A stretch of 36,643 nucleotides of DNA. Source: an uncultured Bacteroidales bacterium (GTDB lineage: Bacteria; Bacteroidota; Bacteroidia; Bacteroidales; JAUNSR01). Below the pieces are notes generated by a model that saw nothing but the letters and a program-made list of their open reading frames with translations, was not told the origin of the DNA and did no database searches. The stretch covers positions 1 through 36,643 of the forward strand of contig CAMTOT010000001.1 in the NCBI GenBank assembly GCA_947074165.1, written 5' to 3'. Shown here piece by piece: positions 7,358 to 15,835 of the stretch (the first letter of the stretch is position 1; each line of letters starts with the position of its first letter). Position numbers and translations under genes: made by a program.

Positions 7358-8617
7358 ATGAATAAGCACCTTCTAAAGATAAAGAAAAGAATAAGTAAAC
7401 TTGAGTTCGCGTATTTTAGTTTACAGCATAAACTGACCCTTAACGCGAAAGTAAACAGACTAAGAAAGAAAGATAAGATTGTAGTACTTTTCAGCGCAGT
7501 TGAACCATCAAAATGGAAGTCGGACTCATTGTATAAGGAGATGTTGGATCACGAACGTTTCTCTCCCGTAATACTTATAATGCCGGATAAGAATAATGGT
7601 GAAATTATAGATCAAAAGATTGAAGCGTGCAGATTGTTTTTCTTACAAAAAGGCTATGATTTTATTTTGCCTTACGATGAAGACGGTAATCTGATCGATA
7701 TTAGAAAGAGTATAAATCCGGATATAATTTTTTATACTGAACCGTATAAAAATATGTATCCGAGAAGTTTCTTTTATAAGAAATTCAGAGACAAGCTTTT
7801 TTGTTACATAAGCTATGGTTTTCATGGTATAGACATAAAAGAGATTGTTGATAGTGAACTATGCCGGATGTGTTGGCATCTTTATTACGAGAATGATATA
7901 AGTGCCGCTTCCGCTCGTGGCGTAATGGATAATAATGGCAAAAATATATGTGTAACGGGACTTCCGCTGTCTGATGATTTTCTTGATGAAAACAGAGAGT
8001 ATAAATATGAATGGAAGGAGGCTCAGGCAGAGATTAAGCGTATTATATGGGCGCCTCATCATACAATAGAGGAGAATGAGATCTTAGGTAGTTATTCACG
8101 TTTTCTCCATCTTGCTGATGATATGCTCAGACTTGCTGATGAGTATAAGGGGAGATTGCAGTTTGCGTTTAAACCTCATCCGGTATTGAAAAGAAAACTG
8201 TATAATATATGGGGAAAAGAGAAAACCGACAAATATTACGCGTGCTGGGCAGAGATGTCAAATACAATTATAAATGAGGCTGATTACTTAGATTTATTTA
8301 TGACTTCGGATGGTCTGATTCATGATTGTTGCTCTTTTACTATTGATTATATGTATGCGCACAAACCTGTATTGTATATTAAATCAACTCCCGGATATCC
8401 TGATAATACAAATGAATTTTTTCATAAAGCTTATGATGTGCATTATAAAGCATCGGATATTGAAGAAATAAAATCATTTATTGAAGAGCGCGTATTAAAA
8501 GGTAATGATACTCTCCTATCAGAGCGTGATGGCTTTGTCAGGCAATACCTTGTGCCTCCGGGTGGTAAAAGTGCCGCCGGAAATATAATAAATATGATTT
8601 TATTTAATAATATTTGA
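7358..8617 (+). CDS. CDP-glycerol glycerophosphotransferase family protein (TagB/TagF-like)
   Basis: IIWAPHHT (compare YAPTWR), FAFKPHPVLK (compare the K.HP motif with catalytic His) and the late SDGLIHDCCSFTIDYMYAHKPVLY (compare LITDYSS..FDF) all fit the family. Length and layout also fit TagF-family proteins found in Bacteroides glycan loci. Confidence 0.7.
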   Translation: MNKHLLKIKKRISKLEFAYFSLQHKLTLNAKVNRLRKKDKIVVLFSAVEPSKWKSDSLYKEMLDHERFSPVILIMPDKNNGEIIDQKIEACRLFFLQKGYDFILPYDEDGNLIDIRKSINPDIIFYTEPYKNMYPRSFFYKKFRDKLFCYISYGFHGIDIKEIVDSELCRMCWHLYYENDISAASARGVMDNNGKNICVTGLPLSDDFLDENREYKYEWKEAQAEIKRIIWAPHHTIEENEILGSYSRFLHLADDMLRLADEYKGRLQFAFKPHPVLKRKLYNIWGKEKTDKYYACWAEMSNTIINEADYLDLFMTSDGLIHDCCSFTIDYMYAHKPVLYIKSTPGYPDNTNEFFHKAYDVHYKASDIEEIKSFIEERVLKGNDTLLSERDGFVRQYLVPPGGKSAAGNIINMILFNNI

Positions 8618-8628
8618 TGTTAGATAAG

Positions 8629-8636
8629 TATCTTTG
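8629..8636 (+). promoter_or_regulatory. Candidate -7 box (TATCTTTG)
   Basis: Matches TAnnTTTG, 46 nt upstream of the ATG at 8682. Confidence 0.4.
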
Positions 8637-8681
8637 GTACAGTTCATATTTTGAAATAAATAACAAAAAAGTTAGTTTTTG

Positions 8682-10358
8682 ATGAGAAAGAGTTTATTAA
8701 CAGGTATTGTGACGCTTTTATGTGTTAGTACCGGCTTCCAGCCTGCTTTGAGAGCTAATAACAACAATGGTTTTGATCAACTAAAGAACCTTGATATTTT
8801 CAATACCATATTTCGGGAATTGCAGTTATACTATGTTGATTCAATTAAAACAGAAGAGGTGGTGAGAAACGGTATAGATGCTATGCTATATCAGCTTGAT
8901 CCATATACTACTTATATACCGGAGTCGGAACAAGAAGACTTCACTGCGATGACTACCGGGGAATACGGAGGTGTTGGTGCTATCATATCTCAACGCGGAG
9001 ATACGGTTTATATAAATGAGCCATATGAAGGCAATCCGGCACAGGAGTTTGATCTTCGTCCGGGCGACGCTATAATAGCAATAAATGGCAACTCTATGAT
9101 TAAAAAATCTGTGAGCGACGTAAGCGGAAGTCTTAAAGGTGAAGCCGGTACTACTATTGAGCTCCAACTTTACAGACCGGCTACAGAAGAGATGATGACT
9201 AAAACGATAGTGAGACGAAAGATTCTTATGAATGCTGTGCCTTACTACGGTATGCTTAACGATTCTATCGGGTATATATATCTTTCCTCTTTTACGGATA
9301 AAGCTGCTAAGGAGATGCGTGCCGCTATAACTGAGCTGAAAGAAAATAACCCTAAAGGTCTTATAATAGATCTTCGTAATAACTCAGGGGGTATAATGGA
9401 AGATGCCATACAGATTGTTAATATGTTTGTGCCTAAAGGTCAGACTGTGTTATCAACAAAAGGAAAGATACGCACCTGGGATAAAGAATATAAAACTACT
9501 CAGGAACCGATAGATACAGAGATACCTCTTGTCGTACTTGTAAACAGAGCGTCTGCGTCAGCATCTGAGATTGTGAGCGGAGCTTTGCAGGATCTTGACC
9601 GTGCGGTGATAATCGGAGAGCGAACTTTTGGTAAAGGGCTTGTCCAATCTACGCGACAACTTCCATTTAACGGTTTGTTGAAGATGACAAGCGCAAAGTA
9701 TTATATACCGAGCGGACGATTAATACAGGCTATTGATTATAGCAACAGAAATGAAGACGGAAGCGTAGGGCGTATTCCTGATTCGCTTACTACTGTGTTT
9801 AAAACGGCTAACGGCAGAGATGTCAGAGACGGCGGAGGAATTCAGCCTGATTTTAATGTTGAGCAGAAAAAGCTGTCTAATATGTCACTTTATCTGTTGA
9901 GAGATTATTATATATTCGATTTTGCGAACCAATATCATGCCACTCACCCATCTATAGCTTCAGCCAAAGAGTTTAAGCTGACTGATGAGGATTATAATAT
10001 GTTTTGTGATTTCGTGAAATCAAAGAACTTTACTTACGATAAGAAAAGTCTTAAGATGCTTGAGGATCTGAAGAAAGTAGCTCAGTTTGAAGGTTATTCG
10101 GAAGACGCTGCCGCTGAGTTTGAATCTCTTGAGGCGAAACTTAATCATAATATTGATAAAGATCTTCAGACATTTAAGCCAGAGATAAAAGAGGAACTTG
10201 AACAGGAAATTGTGAAGAGATATTACTATCAGAAGGGAGAGATACAGAAGTCTCTTCAGACGGATATAATTGTTGATAAAGGCGTTGAAGTTATTGTAAA
10301 CACGGAACTGTATAATAAGACACTGAATAAACCTGTCGCCAAGGCTAAGAAAAAGTAA
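8682..10358 (+). CDS. S41-family C-terminal processing (tail-specific) peptidase with PDZ domain; exported
   Basis: The N-terminal signal peptide may be a lipoprotein signal (LLC). The PDZ-like region is GDAIIAINGNSM. S41 motifs are IIDLRNNSGG, NRASASASEIV (catalytic Ser) and ERTFGKGLVQ (catalytic Lys). The ORF-track start at 8679 is TTG, so I prefer the adjacent ATG at 8682. Confidence 0.9.
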   Translation: MRKSLLTGIVTLLCVSTGFQPALRANNNNGFDQLKNLDIFNTIFRELQLYYVDSIKTEEVVRNGIDAMLYQLDPYTTYIPESEQEDFTAMTTGEYGGVGAIISQRGDTVYINEPYEGNPAQEFDLRPGDAIIAINGNSMIKKSVSDVSGSLKGEAGTTIELQLYRPATEEMMTKTIVRRKILMNAVPYYGMLNDSIGYIYLSSFTDKAAKEMRAAITELKENNPKGLIIDLRNNSGGIMEDAIQIVNMFVPKGQTVLSTKGKIRTWDKEYKTTQEPIDTEIPLVVLVNRASASASEIVSGALQDLDRAVIIGERTFGKGLVQSTRQLPFNGLLKMTSAKYYIPSGRLIQAIDYSNRNEDGSVGRIPDSLTTVFKTANGRDVRDGGGIQPDFNVEQKKLSNMSLYLLRDYYIFDFANQYHATHPSIASAKEFKLTDEDYNMFCDFVKSKNFTYDKKSLKMLEDLKKVAQFEGYSEDAAAEFESLEAKLNHNIDKDLQTFKPEIKEELEQEIVKRYYYQKGEIQKSLQTDIIVDKGVEVIVNTELYNKTLNKPVAKAKKK

Positions 10359-10375
10359 TATTTATATATGTAATT

Positions 10376-11578
10376 ATGAGAAAATCATTGTTTTATGCTT
10401 CTCTTTCTATGCTTGCCGTTATGCCGGTATTTGCACAGGAGGGAGAAAGTGCTGCTAAAGAAAAAGATGGATATGTATTTACTATAGTAAAAGAAAATCC
10501 TATTACATCAATTAAAAATCAAAATCGCTCAGGTACTTGCTGGAGCTTTTCCGGACTTGGTTTTCTTGAGTCTGAGCTGATTCGAAAAGGTAAGTCTGAA
10601 ACAGACCTTGCGGAGATGTTTGTTGTTTATCATAGCTATGCGGATAAAGCTGATAAATATGTGCGAATGGACGGTAAAATAAATTTTGCTGCCGGAGGCT
10701 CTTTCTATGATGTGCTTTATGTTATGAAAAACTATGGAGCATTGCCGGAGTCTGTTTATTCCGGTATTATGTATGATGAGTCAAAGCATGTGCATAATGA
10801 ACTAGACGCGGTAACTAAAGGTTACGTTGATGGTGTGCTTACAAATAAGAAATTCACTAATGTATGGAAAAAAGGATTTAATTCAATTCTTGACGCTTAT
10901 CTTGGAGAGATACCGGAGAGATTTACATATGAAGGTAAAGAATATACTCCTAAATCGTATGCAGAGTCGCTTGGGCTTGATATGGATGATTATGTGAGCA
11001 TAACATCTTATACTCATCACCCATTCTATACGTCTTTCCCTCTTGAAATAGCGGATAACTGGCGTTGGTCTCAGTCGTATAATGTACCTCTTGATGAGAT
11101 GATGGAGATTATGGACAATGCTATTAATAACGGTTATACTATCGCATGGGGATCTGACGTTAGTGAAAAAGGATTCAACCGTAAAGGGCTTGGGGTACTT
11201 CTTGATACGGAAGGTGTAGAACTTGCCGGCTCTGACCAGGCAAGATGGTTAGGTCTTTCAAGATCTGATCGTGAAGCTGAAATAGAAAAAATGATGGAGG
11301 GTCCGGGTAATGAGCTTTCGGTAACACAGGAGTCTCGTCAGAAAGGTTATGATAATCATGAGACAACGGATGACCATGGTATGGTTATTTATGGTATCGC
11401 TAAAGATCAAACCGGTAAGAAGTTCTATATGATTAAAAACTCATGGGGAGAGACCGGTGATTATAAAGGAATATGGTATATATCTGAAAACTTTGTAAGA
11501 GCTAAAACTATGAACTATATTGTTCATAAAGATGCGCTGCCTAAGAAGATAGCAAAGAAACTTTCTATTAAACAATAA
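10376..11578 (+). CDS. C1-family cysteine peptidase (aminopeptidase C / bleomycin-hydrolase-like) with signal peptide
   Basis: The signal peptide is MRKSLFYASLSMLAVMPVFAQ. The active-site Cys context is NQNRSGTCWSFSG. The C-terminal HGMVIYG and KNSWG motifs supply the His/Asn region of papain-like enzymes. Confidence 0.85.
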   Translation: MRKSLFYASLSMLAVMPVFAQEGESAAKEKDGYVFTIVKENPITSIKNQNRSGTCWSFSGLGFLESELIRKGKSETDLAEMFVVYHSYADKADKYVRMDGKINFAAGGSFYDVLYVMKNYGALPESVYSGIMYDESKHVHNELDAVTKGYVDGVLTNKKFTNVWKKGFNSILDAYLGEIPERFTYEGKEYTPKSYAESLGLDMDDYVSITSYTHHPFYTSFPLEIADNWRWSQSYNVPLDEMMEIMDNAINNGYTIAWGSDVSEKGFNRKGLGVLLDTEGVELAGSDQARWLGLSRSDREAEIEKMMEGPGNELSVTQESRQKGYDNHETTDDHGMVIYGIAKDQTGKKFYMIKNSWGETGDYKGIWYISENFVRAKTMNYIVHKDALPKKIAKKLSIKQ

Positions 11579-11592
11579 GATTGTATTCACAT

Positions 11593-11633
11593 AAAAAAAT
11601 GAGTCAGGATTTAATATCCTGACTCATTTTTTT
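11593..11633. terminator. Bidirectional rho-independent terminator between convergent genes
   Basis: A perfect 12-bp stem atgagtcaggat (11599-11610) / atcctgactcat (11616-11627) has a 5-nt loop. It is flanked by an A-run upstream and a T-run downstream. Confidence 0.8.
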
Positions 11634-11655
11634 ATCTCTTTAATTTAATATGATC

Positions 11656-12624
11656 TTACAGAAGAAGCTTAGAAACTAATTTTCCTAATCTCTCGGAAAG
11701 AGAGAAAGCATGGAATAGCCTTTTCATGTTTTTTCCTGTCACATTAGTAAGTTCCGGGTAGCGGTTCATAATGTGCAGAGCCTCTTTGCTTCTTTCTTTA
11801 GCGGAATCAAAACACCTGTATTTAAAGCATCTTGAAATTGACTGAAGTCTGAGACAGTCGATACTCTCTTCTAATTTAGAGTATTCGGGTTTGTCTTTAA
11901 GGAAGTTGCGTATAATCTCAGGATAAGTGTGAAGATCAAAATACTGCTTCTCGGTAAGTGAGTATAGTTTCTCTTCAGGATTTTTCCTGATATAGTGATG
12001 CAATATAGGCGCGCTGTCGAGCTTAACTACTTTTTTAGAATAGTACGCAAGCTGAGTGGTGAGAAGAGTATCTTCACCAAGAAATAGTTTAGCTTCGAAA
12101 TGGATTTTAAATTTTTTGTATAAAGAGCGTTTATGGAATACGCTCCATACCATCCAATAGTTCTCTCTCTGATAAAGAGTACGGATGAAATCAATGCCTG
12201 AAAGACGAACAAATTTTATTGATCTTGACTGTTTCGTTGTATTATTATATTCATTTTCGACAACGAAGTTGAGTACGACCATATCAGCGTCAGCTTCTTC
12301 TGCTCTGTTGTAAAGAAGTTCAAGCGCATTGCTTTCAAGACGGTCATCTCCGTCAAGATGATATATATACTTTCCGCTGGCCATGTTTAGGCCGGCCTGG
12401 CGGGCAAGAGATAATCCCAGCTCCTCTTTATTGAGGATTATGATACGTGGGTCTTTATCCATCTCCGTACAAATAATCTCTTTTGTATTATCTGTACTTC
12501 CTCCTTCAACAACAATTATTTCTATCTCCTGTAGAGTTTGCATCATTACCGAATTGAGGCAGGCTTTTATATGTTTTGCCTGATTAATTACGGGAATAAT
12601 CACTGAAACTTTAACAGCTTCCAT
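11656..12624 (-). CDS. Family-2 glycosyltransferase
   Basis: VSVIIPVINQAKHIKACLNSVMMQT, IIVVEGGSTDNT and HLDGDD are GT2 motifs. Confidence 0.9.
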   Translation of the reverse strand: MEAVKVSVIIPVINQAKHIKACLNSVMMQTLQEIEIIVVEGGSTDNTKEIICTEMDKDPRIIILNKEELGLSLARQAGLNMASGKYIYHLDGDDRLESNALELLYNRAEEADADMVVLNFVVENEYNNTTKQSRSIKFVRLSGIDFIRTLYQRENYWMVWSVFHKRSLYKKFKIHFEAKLFLGEDTLLTTQLAYYSKKVVKLDSAPILHHYIRKNPEEKLYSLTEKQYFDLHTYPEIIRNFLKDKPEYSKLEESIDCLRLQSISRCFKYRCFDSAKERSKEALHIMNRYPELTNVTGKNMKRLFHAFSLSERLGKLVSKLLL

Positions 12625-12905
12625 ATTGCATTTGAATAAATTTATACTAACAAGTTGTTATTTATTCAGGTATAAGATTAAGAGTAATGGCGACAAATAT
12701 ATATCATTTTTGATTAATAACATCATTTGCCTTGTATATTCTTGCAATATAATATCTTAAACAACGCGTATCTGTGTTAAAATGCCATATCCTTTTTGCT
12801 GCCCCGGCTGAGTCGTTTTGCAAAAATGAACTTAATAATAATCAGTTGCGTTTATGATTGTAGAAAGATTGTTGTTTTTTAATTCAATATAAAGGTAAAC
12901 TAAGG

Positions 12906-13943
12906 ATGGGACAGAATAAGCGGGTGTTGATTGATTGCGACAAAGTGAAGTATAACAATACAGGGTTATACACTTTTTGTATGGAGTTGTCTAAAGCTTT
13001 GGCTGTGATAGGTGATGATTATAATGTCACTCCCCGTTTTCTTGTAAAGAAAAAAAATGCCGAGCTATTTGATTATGCTGATGTGAGGGTACTTAATATT
13101 CTTGATTCGGGTTTCTTCAGGTGCAGGGAAGATATATTTCATGCCACTTTCCAGTTTTGTAAATATATCCCCACGAATAAGAAATATATTCTCACTATAC
13201 ATGATTTAAACTTTCTGTATGAGAAAGACGAATCTAAATTCGCTAAATACTTTAATCGAATAAGCAAAGTTGTGAGCAGGGCGTCTCATGTTGTATTTAT
13301 CTCTGATTTTGTAAGACAGGATTTTATGAGAATATTTGGTTCTCTCCATTGCAAATCGTCAGTGATATATAATGGATGTACTTTGTTCAACAGAGAGCCG
13401 GTAAAGAGTCCGTCAGGATATGTTCCGTCAAAAGAATTCTTGTTTACAGTGGCAACTGTTCTGCCAAAGAAGAATTTTCATGTTCTGCCGTGCCTGATTA
13501 AGAATAGTGATTTTGAGCTTGTCATTGCAGGTAAGTTGAGTGATTACAGTAAGACTATAATCGATGAGGCAGAAAAATATGGTGTCAGAGACCGGGTGAA
13601 GCTTATTGGCGAGATCAATGAAGCTGATAAAGACTGGTATTACAGAAACTGTAAGGCCTTTGTATTTCCTTCTATTGCTGAAGGATTTGGATTGCCGGTG
13701 ATAGAGGCCCTGGCTTATGGCAAACCAACGTTTATATCATTACATACAGCGCTGCCAGAGATAGGCGGTAAGTATTGTTATTATTTCAACTATAAATTTG
13801 AACCGGAGAAAATGATTAAAGAGTTTGAATCCGGTATGAATGATTTCCAGAAAAGAGATGTAAGTGATCAAATCAAATATGCGCAATCTTTTACATGGGA
13901 AAAAGCGGCGAAGGAGTACTGTCGGATCTACAATAGCATCTAA
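12906..13943 (+). CDS. Family-4 (GT-B, group 1) glycosyltransferase
   Basis: The C-terminal FVFPSIAEGFGLPVIEALAYGKP is the EX7E motif of GT4 enzymes. Length and layout are typical. Confidence 0.85.
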   Translation: MGQNKRVLIDCDKVKYNNTGLYTFCMELSKALAVIGDDYNVTPRFLVKKKNAELFDYADVRVLNILDSGFFRCREDIFHATFQFCKYIPTNKKYILTIHDLNFLYEKDESKFAKYFNRISKVVSRASHVVFISDFVRQDFMRIFGSLHCKSSVIYNGCTLFNREPVKSPSGYVPSKEFLFTVATVLPKKNFHVLPCLIKNSDFELVIAGKLSDYSKTIIDEAEKYGVRDRVKLIGEINEADKDWYYRNCKAFVFPSIAEGFGLPVIEALAYGKPTFISLHTALPEIGGKYCYYFNYKFEPEKMIKEFESGMNDFQKRDVSDQIKYAQSFTWEKAAKEYCRIYNSI

Positions 13944-14971
13944 ACCGGTATTTCCATAACTTTATAAATCCTGTTTATGATATGTGATACAGCAAGCTCT
14001 TTCATGCATGGATAATCTCCGCGCATACACGCTTTATTGCCATATACAGAGCATGGACGGCACTCCATATCTACCCCAAGCGCATTTTCGTGTTTTTGAT
14101 TCCATCCAAGGAATCCGGCATATGGATGTGTAGCTCCCCAGATAGAAATAACAGGTGTATTTACCAACGACGCGAAATGCATATTAGCAGAGTCCATAGA
14201 GACCATAAGATCAAGATGCGACATAAGTTCTATCTCCTGAGATATCTTTAATTTTCCAGCAAGAGAAATTGTGTTGTCGTACTTCTCAACCCAACTGTCA
14301 AGTATATTCTTTTGTTCTTTATCGGCACCAAACAGAAGTATTTTGATGCTATTATCCGCAGATAATGTTTTAATTATCTCTTCGCATTTATCAATAGGAT
14401 AAGTTTTGCCCGTATGTTTTGCAAACGGCGCAATGCCTACCCATTTCCCGTCTTTATTGTCTATTACCGGGTTGTTCAACTGTGGTTTTTCGTTATTATA
14501 TACTGATTGGAAATCAAGTTCAAACTGTAGACCTATACGTCTGAACGCATCAGCATACCTCTCAAAAGAAGTTTTGAGAGGTTTTATATTATTAAAATCA
14601 GAAGATACGAGATCTTTTTTCTCTTTCCGCCCTTTATCAATAGCTACTGTTTTTACTCCTTTCAGACTAAAAAACGCGCGAATGGCTTTAGATCTGATAA
14701 CATTGTGCAAATCAACAATAGCATCATATCTGTTTTTATTCAGATCATTGCATAGATAAAGAATACCCTTTGAGCCTTTGTATTGCGCTTTAGTATCAGC
14801 CTTAAAAATTCTGACATTTGAAGGCGGGTTAATAAAAAAGTTTGCTGAAAAAGGCTGGGTTAATACTGTAAATGTTATCTGTGGATTATATTTAGCCACA
14901 GAATATATAACCGGTATAGTCATGGCCACATCTCCCAATGCGGACATACGAATTACAAGTATGTTCTTCAT
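13940..14971 (-). CDS. Family-9 glycosyltransferase (LPS heptosyltransferase family)
   Basis: The N-terminus MKNILVIRMSALGDVAMTIPVIYS is the GT9 hallmark. GK.YP, the DS..MH segment (MVSMDSANMHFA) and PCSVYG-type motifs are also present. Confidence 0.85.
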   Translation of the reverse strand: MKNILVIRMSALGDVAMTIPVIYSVAKYNPQITFTVLTQPFSANFFINPPSNVRIFKADTKAQYKGSKGILYLCNDLNKNRYDAIVDLHNVIRSKAIRAFFSLKGVKTVAIDKGRKEKKDLVSSDFNNIKPLKTSFERYADAFRRIGLQFELDFQSVYNNEKPQLNNPVIDNKDGKWVGIAPFAKHTGKTYPIDKCEEIIKTLSADNSIKILLFGADKEQKNILDSWVEKYDNTISLAGKLKISQEIELMSHLDLMVSMDSANMHFASLVNTPVISIWGATHPYAGFLGWNQKHENALGVDMECRPCSVYGNKACMRGDYPCMKELAVSHIINRIYKVMEIPV

Positions 14972-15045
14972 CTCTGTCGTAATTAGCGTTTAAGTAAAAT
15001 TACGCAGAAATAATGATAAAAGAAAGGGGCAGATAACAAAATAGA

Positions 15046-15672
15046 TTATCTATCCGCACACTCTTTATTGTAAAGAATCGGATTAAGAGCCGGATCATTG
15101 TACATCTTCATTTGTTTATACACCTTGATGTATTTATTGCCATTCTCTATTTCATAAAGAAGAAAGTCGATAGCAGAAGAGAGATCTTCTTTTTGAGTGT
15201 ACAGGATATCAAGTTTCTCTCTGCATTTATATATATGATTTATGTCGGCATCGGTGCGTTGGACCTCTGCGTTCATGTGCCATATTTTAAGGGTAAGAAT
15301 AGATAATCGGTCTATAGCCCATGCCGGACTTTCTGTATTTATCTTAGCTATATTGCTTACTTTTACATCTTTATATATATTATAAAAGTAAGAATCTATT
15401 GTCTCTACCAGATCAGTGCGTTTCTGATTGTAGTCATCAATACGCCTTTTTATGCTAAGGGCGTAAGAAGGATCAATTTCGGGATCTCTTATTATATCCT
15501 CAAGATGCCACTGCACGTCGTCAATCCAGTTTTTAAGATAAAGGTAATGTTCCAGTGAACGCTGTTGATAAGGGTTTTCTACTCTTGCATCCACATTGTC
15601 GATAGTATGATAAAAAGCTGTCGCCTCATTAAAAATACTATTACACTTACTACTGATTGTAATCATATCCAT
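15046..15672 (-). CDS. Conserved hypothetical protein, probably DUF4254 family
   Basis: This is a 208-aa, apparently all-helical, cytoplasmic protein with WHLEDIIRDP and DRLSILTLKIWHM segments. From memory, DUF4254 proteins of about 200 aa sit next to GT9 genes in Bacteroidota. I cannot verify the assignment here. Confidence 0.55.
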   Translation of the reverse strand: MDMITISSKCNSIFNEATAFYHTIDNVDARVENPYQQRSLEHYLYLKNWIDDVQWHLEDIIRDPEIDPSYALSIKRRIDDYNQKRTDLVETIDSYFYNIYKDVKVSNIAKINTESPAWAIDRLSILTLKIWHMNAEVQRTDADINHIYKCREKLDILYTQKEDLSSAIDFLLYEIENGNKYIKVYKQMKMYNDPALNPILYNKECADR

Positions 15673-15835
15673 AATCCACTTGTTAATTAGTATCTTTTTC
15701 GTCTCAATAGTATAACAAACGAGTATCAGCGTTATATCTGGATATTTTTTTAATTATCCCTAAAAGATGGTAATTTCGTTGTATGATACCGATATATGAG
15801 ATCGGTTGCTTGTTGTGAAATAAAATATAATGCAT

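Noticed and set aside
1-8617. A tRNA-linked genomic island: the glycan block begins about 1.2 kb from the tRNA-Asn
   Set aside because: I found no integrase, no direct repeat of the tRNA 3' end, and no mobility genes. A terminator-bounded housekeeping-type kinase gene separates the tRNA from the locus.
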